From Octopus sinensis (taxonomy: Eukaryota): a DNA stretch of 64,000 nt. Positions within the stretch are counted from its first letter, which is position 1. Every line of letters begins with the position of its first letter. Position numbers and translations under genes: made by a program. The stretch lies in assembly GCF_006345805.1 (NCBI RefSeq), contig NC_043022.1:20088001-20152000 (forward strand). The letters are read 5' to 3'. The notes beneath the pieces are model-generated. The model saw only the letters and a program-made list of their open reading frames with translations, made no database searches and had not been told where the DNA came from. Shown piece by piece: positions 28,701-38,161 of the stretch.

Positions 28701-30390
28701 TACCCGATTCCCGCCCAACATGCCCGTTAAAATCTCCACCTACAAAGATGAGGTCCTTGTTACTAGTCTTTGAAGTAGCCTGCAGAAGGGTATCATAAAA
28801 ATTGTCCTTCTGATCATTTGGTAGTCCCGCTTGTGGGGCATAGGCTGAGATAATCATAGCTGTGCCACTCTGTAGGACCAACCTGAGCTTAAGCACTCTA
28901 TCACAAACCCTGACACCTCTATGACCTTATCCACCCATTCCTCCGCAAGGAGAATGCCTACACCCCTACAACCTTCCGCGTTACCTTGCCAGTAGAGTTT
29001 GTATCTAAGTGCCTTGCCCGTGAGGACCCTAGCCGAAGCATCTCTCCATCTTACCTCTTGTATGCAGCATACATCAACCTGTCTTCTCTCTAGCATCTCT
29101 ACAATCTCACTAGACTTGCCTGTCAATGTACCAACATTGATAGTGCCAACTCTGAAAACTGGGAAGGAGATGTGGGGGGACAGGGGGATTCGGCGCCTGA
29201 GAAGAGGAGGGTTGTAGTGGTGGTGATAGTTTTCGTGGTATTTTTCTTTTGATCTCTCTTCCACCTGACCACGTGGGCAGGAGCTGGTGTTAGCAGTGGA
29301 CATTTGTTATCGTCTCTGAGTAACGTAATTAGGTAGAGGAAAGAAATACAGATATTCTAGGGTTGAGTTGGGGAGGTCCAGTTGAGGCGGTAAATATAGG
29401 GGAGCAACCAGTGGGGAAGGTTGGGGTAGGAGGAACGATGGCAGGAAGGGTTGGTGTAGGTTCCTAAAAATAAAACGTAGGATATTACGAGGCGGGAGGG
29501 TTACTAAGGGGATGGTCGGATTGACGAGGCGGAGGGTACTAAAGGGGATGGTCGTTGAGGCAGTGTCAGGAGGACGTAAGATCGGTGGGCAGTTGATGAG
29601 CTATGGCGCTAGCAGCTTGTCTTAGCATATGAGGAAAGTGGTAGTGGGAGGAGGAGGAGGGAGTAGGGCGTACCCAGTGTAGATGAGTAAGGTGTATCCG
29701 TGTAGATAGAGAGAACGGGGTATACTGGTATTGGTGGTGGGGGGGGTGAGAACAGTGTTCAACGGTATTGGTGGTGGGGGTGAGAACAGTGTTCAACGGT
29801 ATTGGTGGGGGGGCGGGCGCACCGCCAATGACTGAAAGATGGGAAAAAGATGGGATTACGGCTTGAGGCAGCCTGCGGTTAAATATTGTAGAGAGAGAGA
29901 TAGGAAGATAAATCAAGTTATGGCGAAGGCTTGAAAGTATCCTAAAAAAGGTTAAATTTTCGTAACAGTGTATGAATAAACGTATTAACAACGAATAAAA
30001 AATATAGTAAGATAAATTTTTTTTAAGAACTTGCTGCGGTCATCGAGCGGGAGTTGAAATTGAAGAAGAAAGTAGTTGAACTGGGAATTTAATTGCAGAA
30101 TCGTAATAGTAATAGTAGGCGTTTTCAATTTTAGCATATGAAGAAGAAGAGGAGGAAAAAGAAGACCGCCAGACTGAAGATGGGAAAAAGATGGGATTAC
30201 GGCTTGAGGCAGCCTGCGGTTAAATATTGTAGAGAGAGAGTAGAAGATAAATCAAGTTATGGCGAAGGCTTGAAAGTACCTAAAAAAGGTTAAATTTTCG
30301 TAACAGTGTATGAATAAACGTATTAAAACGAATAAAAATATAGTAAGATAAATTTTTTTTAAGAACTTGCTGCGGTCATCGAGCGGGAGT
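25695..30390 (-). mobile_element. RTE-clade LINE, near full length (APE endonuclease + RT), frameshifted
   Basis: Minus-strand segments encode APE motifs (GTINVGTL, CIQEVRW, SAYAPQ, GGDFNGHVG, QIDFIL), RT motifs (NYRGIKLL, QFGFVPGRSTTDAIF, FVDLEKAFDRVP, GVHQGSALSPLLF, LLYADDL) and the RTE C-terminus (RLRWYGHVLR, GRGRPRKTW). There is a (GAT)n 3' tail at 25695-25732 and a ~1.1 kb 5'UTR. Same orientation as Dvl. Confidence 0.95.
25958..29303 (-). pseudogene. RTE ORF (endonuclease-reverse transcriptase) broken by several frameshifts
   Basis: Consecutive ORF-track pieces 29303-28854, 28896-27775, 27699-27268, 26795-26502, 26544-26158 and 26311-25958 join into one APE-RT protein. Confidence 0.9.
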
Positions 30391-30409
30391 ATATTATAAT
30401 ATATAATAC

Positions 30410-30806
30410 TTTTCTTTTACCTGTTTCAGTCATTTCACTGCAGCCATGCTGGAGCACCACCTTAAAGGATTTTAGTCAAATCGATCCCAGGACTTATTCT
30501 ATATAAGCCTAGTACTCACTCTATTGGTCTCTTTTGTCTAACTGCTAAGTTATGGGAACATAAACACACCAACATCAGTTGTCAAATAATGGTAGCGGGG
30601 ACAAATACAAACATACATACACACATAAACATATACATATATGACGGGCTTCTTTCAGTTTCCATCTAACAAGTCCACTCACAAGCCTTTGATCAGCCCA
30701 AGGCTACATTAGAAGACACTTGCCCAAGGTGCCACATAGTGGGACTGAACCTAAAACCATGTGGTTGTGAAGTAAGCCGCTTACCACACAGACATGCCTG
30801 CACCTA
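30410..30806 (-). mobile_element. SINE family A (older copy); others at 17978-18372(+), 19610-19920(+), 14047-14650(+), 2515-2860(-), 8030-8190(-)
   Basis: Alignable by eye to the family A consensus, with CpG decay. Confidence 0.8.
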
Positions 30807-31474
30807 TACATAGATACAACAGGTTTTTTTTCCACTTCCATCTATCAAATCATGAAGGCACACATGGCTTAGTGGTTAGGGTGTTGGACTCATGATCATA
30901 AGATTGTGGTTTCAATTACTGGACTGGGCAATGCATTTTGAGTTCTTGAGCAAAACACTTCATTTCATGTCATTCCAGTCCACTCAGCTGACAAAAATTA
31001 GCAATCCTGCAGTGGACCAGGGCCTTATCCTACAGGAAATATATGTACCACGGAAACCAGCCCTATGAGTTTATATGACTCAGAAAAGATCTTGTATATC
31101 TGGGTAGTTTTTGGATGGACAGACAGATCTACAAAGTGGAACCAAACATGGAACCATGTGGTTGGGAAGCAAGCTTCTTACCACTGCTTTTTATGTGGCA
31201 CCATCACCAGTGCTTACTTTAATGCAGAAGAAAGGAATTTTTATTGGATGACAGCATAACCATAGTTTGAAAAGTAGGGGAAAAAAAGGGTAACTTTGAC
31301 TATCAGAAAGATAAAAACAAAACATAACAAATGCTACTGTGATATGAATGAATACCTACTCCTCTCACTATAGCATAGTTTCTTTGTCCTCCAGTCTGTG
31401 TACCCTGTTCAGTTGAGAGGTCCTATCTTGTGTGTACTTATGTTTTGGCACATAAATGGTTGGAGCTTCAGTTA

Positions 31475-31799
31475 TTAAACCTTTAGCATTTAAACCGTCC
31501 ATATCCAGACAAAATATTCTACCTGTTTTCTGTTCAAACTGACCAGATCTGGCCTCTCATACCAACCCTACAATATCATTCTAAAAATTAACAGTAATCT
31601 CATCAAAATCTTGAAGCTATGAGATAGGTGCAGGAGTGGCTGTGTGGTAAGTAGCTTGCTAACCAACCACATGGTTCCGGGTTCAGTCCCACTGCGTGGC
31701 ATCTTGGGCAAGTGCCTTCTGCTATAGCCCCAGGCCGACCAATGCCTTGTGAGTGGATTTGGTAGACGGAAACTGAAAGAAGCCTGTCGTATATATATG

Positions 31800-31832
<33 letters not shown>

Positions 31833-32140
31833 ATGTGTTTGTGTGTGTGTGTGTATGTGTTTGTGTGTCTGTGTTTGTCTCCCTAGCATTGCTTGACAAC
31901 CAATGCTGGTGTGTTTACGTCCCCGTCACTTAGCGGTTCGGCAAAACAGACCGATAGAATAAGAACTGGGCTTACAAAGAACAAGTCCCGGGGTCGATTT
32001 GCTCGACTAAAGTCGGTGCTCCAGCATGGCCGCAGTCAAATGACTGAAACAAGTAAAAGAGATAATGCAGGATTCATTGAAAACAATGTGAATAAATAAG
32101 CATTACTTTTGACAGAATAACATGAATGCCAAAAGGTTAA
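31475..32140. mobile_element. TTAA MITE family 1 copy interrupted by SINE family A
   Basis: TTAAACCTTTAGCATT ... AATGCCAAAAGGTTAA ends. The SINE insertion has a short GAGATA duplication. Confidence 0.7.
31627..32062 (+). mobile_element. tRNA-derived SINE family A (internal microsatellite), full length
   Basis: A-box TGGCTGTGTGG, B-box GGTTCAGTCCC, CTTGGGCAAGTG core, central (TA)/(TG)n and the tail ATGACTGAAACAAGTAAAAGAG. Dozens of copies in the window. Confidence 0.9.
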
Positions 32141-32359
32141 ACTGCTAAATTGTTTAAATGTTTTGAGAACAGTCTTTGAAATGATGTTGGCATTCCAAAC
32201 CAAGCATAATGTGGTGCAATGTAAAAGCGCCCAGCAGACCCTGTAAAGTGATTAGCATTAGAAAGGACATCTGGTCGTGGAAACCATACCAAATCAGACT
32301 GGAGTCTGGTGCAGCTCAACCCATGTCTGCATGGACGAATGTTTGATGATAATGATGAA

Positions 32360-32555
32360 GGCAAAACTCACAAAGACGGACTGCAGAATTAGTGAAAGAT
32401 ATTGTATCAAAAAACCATCAAGTCACAGCAGCAGAAGTGACAGCAGAGCTAAACCAATACCCTGTCAACCAAAAACTGTTCATTGTGAGCTACATAAAGC
32501 TGGATGACATGGGAAGACTGCAACTGATAAACCTCTCCTGTCTGCATTCAACATT
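32360..32555 (+). mobile_element. Tc1-like transposase HTH fragment
   Basis: IVSKNHQVTAAEVTAELNQ / KTVHCELHKAG..G...KPLLS across a frameshift. Confidence 0.65.
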
Positions 32556-32640
32556 CAAAAGAAGAATGACAATGATTATATATATATATATATAGTATGT
32601 GCATCTGTGTATGTATGTTGCATGTATATATAGGGCTATA

Positions 32641-33206
32641 GTACCAAATTGATAAAACTAACTCTGATGGTTGTTCTAGGATAGGGTCATAAAACTCTAT
32701 TCTGTAAGCTGTAACCATTTATATATGTATATAAAATACTTGTCTAAGGAATTGAATTCTCTGCAGTGCATGTTATGATGCTTGTACCTCCTAACGAGTT
32801 ACACAAATATGTGTGTATTTGTCCACTCTCTTGTTTAGCAACAAATGTTGGTTTGTTTATGTTCCCGTAACTTAGCAGTCCAAAGAGACTTGTGGAATAA
32901 GTACCAGACAGGTGTCTATTTGACTAGAGACACTTCAAGGTGGTGCTCCAGCATGGCCACAGTCCAATGACTGAAACAAGCAGAAAATAGAAGATATATA
33001 AATAGATAAAAATACACACACATACACATGTGGTGTATTTGTGTAACTCATTAGGAGGTACAAGCATCATAACATACACTGCAGAGAATTCAATTCCTTA
33101 GACAAGTATTTTATATACATATATATATATGGTTACAGCTTACAGAATAGAGTTTTATGACCCTATCCTAGAACGACCATCAGAGTTAGTTTTATCAATT
33201 TGGTAC
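32641..33206. repeat. Long inverted repeat, ~170 bp arms
   Basis: 32641-32809 is the near-perfect reverse complement of 33036-33206; the spacer holds a SINE A 3' fragment. Confidence 0.92.
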
Positions 33207-34092
33207 ATACATACATACACAGACACACATACTATATATATATATCATCATTGTCATCATCATCATTTAATGTCCGCTTTCCATGCTAGCGTGGGTTGGA
33301 CGATTTGACTGAGGGCTGGCGAACCAGATGGCTGCACCAGACTTCAATCTTGATCTGGCAGAGATTCTACAGCTGGATGCCCTTCCTAATGCCAACCACT
33401 CTGAGAGTGTAGTGGGTGCCAGTAAGGCGATGCTGGTAACGATCACGCTCGAATGGTGTCTTTTACGTGCTACCGGCACGGAGGCCAGATAGGCGCTCTG
33501 GTAATGATCACGCTTGGATGGTGTTCTTAATACCCTACTAGCACGGGGCTCAAGTGCCAGTAAGGCTACGCTGGCGCTCAGATGGTGCTCAGCTCAGTGA
33601 TTAAAATGTTGGGTCCACAACCATGAGGTAGTGAGTTCAATTCCCAGACCAGGCTGTGTGTTGTGTTCTTGAGCAAGATACATTATTTCATGTTGCTCCA
33701 GTTCACTCAATAGTAGAAATGAATTGCCAAGCTGTATCGGCCTTTGTCTTTCCCTTGAACAACATCAGTGGGGGAGACTGGTATGCATGGATGACTGCTG
33801 GTCTTCCATAAACAACCTTGCCTGGACGTGTGCCTGGGAGGGGAACTTTCTAGGTGCAATCCTACAGTCATTCATGACGAAAGGGGATCTTTATTCCCTT
33901 TTTTTTTTTAATAGTTTATAAGTCCAATATAGACAGAATCAGCAAAAAAAAAAAATTTACTCTATCTAGTGAAAGTTAAATATCAATTTAATAGACATCC
34001 TGAAAGAGCTACTAATAGTTTCATGCTTTTATGGTACTTTAACTAGCATGACACAATAAATAGCTCTTTCTGGATGTCTATTAAATTGAGAC

Positions 34093-34150
<58 letters not shown>

Positions 34151-34369
34151 ATTTTGATTGAGTCAATTCTCTTGCTAATGAGTTTCACTGGGAGGTGCAC
34201 AGGATCTTCAGACTAGTTATGACTATGATAATTTATCTGAAGACCCTTTCCATCCACAGGCGAAACTCAGAGTAGCCGGTTACTGACTCAACCATTAAAA
34301 AATACATTAATCTAGACAATGGTACCAAATACTCTTTTTTTCCAACAGTCAACACTAAACAGGCTGGAG

Positions 34370-34453
<84 letters not shown>

Positions 34454-34573
34454 TATATATACACACACACACACCAGAGTATGCACATAAATGTGAAACA
34501 AGATGGAAAAAATAATACTCGAATACCAGAGGTAGAGTAATATGCTTTGTTAATAAGTCTGCAAAGCCATCAT

Positions 34574-34619
34574 AAAACTGTTACTCAGAGTTTCACGTTC
34601 CCGTTCGTCGGACAGTTTT
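34574..34619 (-). ncRNA. Minimal type-I hammerhead-ribozyme-like motif (U4C core variant)
   Basis: Minus strand reads AAAACTGT-CCGACGA-ACGggaaCGT-GAAA-CTCtGAG-TA-ACAGTTTT: 8 bp stem I, 3 bp stem II, quasi-palindromic stem III and a GUA cleavage triplet. Confidence 0.6.
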
Positions 34620-35579
34620 TCTGGGTGTCCGATGAACGGGAACATGAAACAGTTTTTGTGATGGCTTTGCAGCTTTATTAATAAAGTGTGTGTGTGTGTA
34701 TATATATATATATGTGTGTGTATGTGTGTGTACATATAATAAACATGCACACTCAAAACAAATTGTATTTCTGAAATGAAAAGAAAAGAAGGGAGCAAAA
34801 AGGGGTTATTTATATTAATTTAAACTTAGTCAGAATCAGGGTGTTGGTTAATGATCAGAGAGGGGTTGAAGTAAAAAGAAGAAAAAAAAATGTTGATAAT
34901 TCAGCTTTTCGCCAGAAATCCGAGACAGCAGCTGTGATGATGGAGAAACGAAAGAGAGAGAAGAGAAGAGAGAGAGAGATGACTTGGTTAAAAGCTACTT
35001 TACTTCCCAGAAATAAAATACCTTACCTCGTAACTCCCTCCATTCCCTTTGCTTTTATTTCGTCTTTGCTTTTGAAGGGATGGGTAGGAAGGTAGGTAGG
35101 TAGGTACGTGGAGAGGTGGTACGGTATAAAGAAAGTCCCAAAGCAATGCCTACCACTACCAACACCACCACCATCACCAATCTTTCACAACCACACTTTT
35201 AGCACGCACTCTCACACACCAGACTATTTATTTATCTATAGATTTATTACACACACAAATACATACATATAAGCGTTCACTTTCGCAACCACACTTACAC
35301 ACACACGTTCGTGTTCACAAATCTTGTATACTATCAACACACACATACAAACATGCATACATACTACATACACGTGTGTTTATTTTCACAATCATGATGA
35401 AGCATATGTGTGCACACACACATTAGACGTGAGCTCATCTTCACATCCTTAATCTTTCTTATACACTACCTACACACACATACACGTGTGTGTGTGTGTG
35501 TGTGTTTATTTTGGCATAATATAGCACATACACACATCATACATTATTAGATGTGTGTTCATGTTCACAAGCATACATA

Positions 35580-36014
35580 CTCTTTAACTTGTTTCAGTCA
35601 TTTGACTGCGGCCATGCTGGTGCACCGCCTTTAGTCGAGCAAATCGACCACGGGACTTATTCTTTGTAAGCCCAGTACTTATTCTATGTCTCTTTTTGCC
35701 GAACCGCTAAGTAACGGGGACGTAAACACACCAGCATCGGTTCTCAAGCAATGCTAGGGGGACAAACACACACACACACACATATATATTGTTTTGTTTT
35801 TGTTTTTCCAGTTTCAGCTCTTGAGCTGTGGCCATGCTGGGGCACCGCCATTGTGGTGAAAGAGTACAGCAGGGATCACCACCCCCTGCCGGAGCCTCGT
35901 AGAGCTTTTAGGTGTTTTCGCTCAATAAACACACACAACGCCCAGTCTGAGAATCGAAACCGCGATCCTGCGACCGCGAGTCCGCTGCCCTAACCACTAG
36001 GCCATTGCGCCTCT

Positions 36015-36066
<52 letters not shown>

Positions 36067-36172
36067 CATATATACGACAGGCTTCTTTCAGTTTCCGTCT
36101 ACCAAATCCACTCACAAGGCATTGGTCGGCCCGGGGCTATAGTAGAAGACATTTGCCCAAGATGCCATGCGG
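35580..36172 (-). mobile_element. SINE family A containing a family C SINE in its central microsatellite
   Basis: Family A 3' half at 35580-35785, family C at 35790-36013, family A 5' half at 36070-36172. Confidence 0.8.
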
Positions 36173-37967
36173 GGGTATTTTTTTTTTATGACAGAAAGGA
36201 ACATCACATTTATTTTATCTTCTTAGAAAAATGGCGAAGAAACTAGTTTCTAAAAAAAAAAAGAAGAATCTAAACCTCTGAAATCTTAGTTCTCATCCAA
36301 CAGCACCAAAAGAACTCCAAAATGTGTATGTGTGTGCGTGCGTGCCTAAGGTCGGGCTTGGGTGCGCAGCTCCTAGGTTTGTTGTAAGATGGTATGGAAT
36401 GTTGTCCATTTCGTCCAAGAGAGATGACTTGGTTAAAAGCTACTTTACTTCCCAGAAATGGGAATACCTCATAAGTACCCTCCATTCCCTGCTTTTATAT
36501 ATATAAATGTACGTTATTTTATGTCAGATGAATGAGAAAGGGCTTTAATACATGTAAAGAATATGAAGGTATGAGGTGCTAAGAATATATATATATATGT
36601 GTGTGTGTGTACAAACGTATGTTGGAGTCGCCATCCACCCGCAAAAAAGTTTAAACTATGGAAGAAAAAAAAAGCTAAAGGAACATACACAGACACACAG
36701 ACAGAAAGAAGGGAAGAGTGGTAGTCTTCTTTGTGTATGCCAGAACACACCTGGGCTTGATGGTGATGATGATGACGGCGGCGGCGGCGGCGGTGGTGGT
36801 GGTGGTGATGATATATAGCAAATGGTAAAATTGTAGTTAATGCGTGTTGCTTTCTTGCTTTGCTTGTTCGCTCACTATCGCCTGTTCCCTGACTCCTCCC
36901 TTGCTGCTCCCTTTTAAAAGGGAGCAGGAATTAGAAACGCAACAATAGCGAGAATGGGGAAGAAATAGTGGTGGGGGGAGGGGGGCTGCGGTGGCGGAGA
37001 GTCAAGATCCTTTTTCGTGACGACCATCGTTAAATGAAAATTTAAAAAAAAGCATATCACAAGGCCTCCACTACACACAATTAATGATATTCAAACCCTG
37101 TACATAACTGGGTGTTTTATTGAAGCTAATAATAAAAAAACAGAGAAAAAGGTTTCTACGTGGTCGTATTATATGGCAGAGATAGCAACCAAATATCTCC
37201 CTGAAATTATACTCAAATCTGTACAAAGGAATAACACATTGGAGAATGGAGTCCTAAATATACATACACAAGTATCCGAAAATGTTTAGAATAATAGTAA
37301 TAAAACAGTAGGATGATCACTATTGGAACGGCTTTGATTGTAAATCTGTAGGTAGGTCCAGGCTAATCTGGAGTTAAATCCTAGATTCTATAAACTTCCA
37401 ACGAGGAACACTGCGTGCGGATGCGATTACACGAACTAAATGAGATACAAGCCAAAATCTTGCTGAAACCCCCTCAAAGAAAGAAAGGAAAAACGTTGTT
37501 GCTGATATACAAAATCAGACTGGATGGTAACAGATTCAATGCCCTAAATTATGGCTGATATGTGAGGGGAGAAGGGGCGCTAAACAAGAGCAACGATAAC
37601 CATCTCTCTTGTCTATCGATCTGATAATAATCAATGGGTTTATTGGAGCAAAAATATATGCACACCATGCATACATTTGCAGAGGAAGGTATAAGGTGCA
37701 AATATATATGTGAGTGTATGTATTTTATAGGTATCAAAACCTTTAAACACATCAGTTTAATGGTTTACTCACTCACATGCCGTGCCTGAATAAACCATTA
37801 AATAGATTGATTTAAGGATTTTAATACCTATAAAACCTACACAAACAGTGTGTGTGTGTGTATATATATGCACACACACATACAGAGTAATTTACTCGTG
37901 TATAAGTCGTACTATTTTTATACTTAGACTTCACCTGGGAAACCGGTATGTATATTGTTACCTCTAC

Positions 37968-38003
<36 letters not shown>

Positions 38004-38110
38004 AGTAGAGGTAACAAGACCCTCATGAAATATAACCCGGCACACATTTTCATGCGTTATACACTAAGATACGAGAAAAAGTACAAGAAATGTTACTTGA
38101 TAATACACAT

Positions 38111-38161
<51 letters not shown>

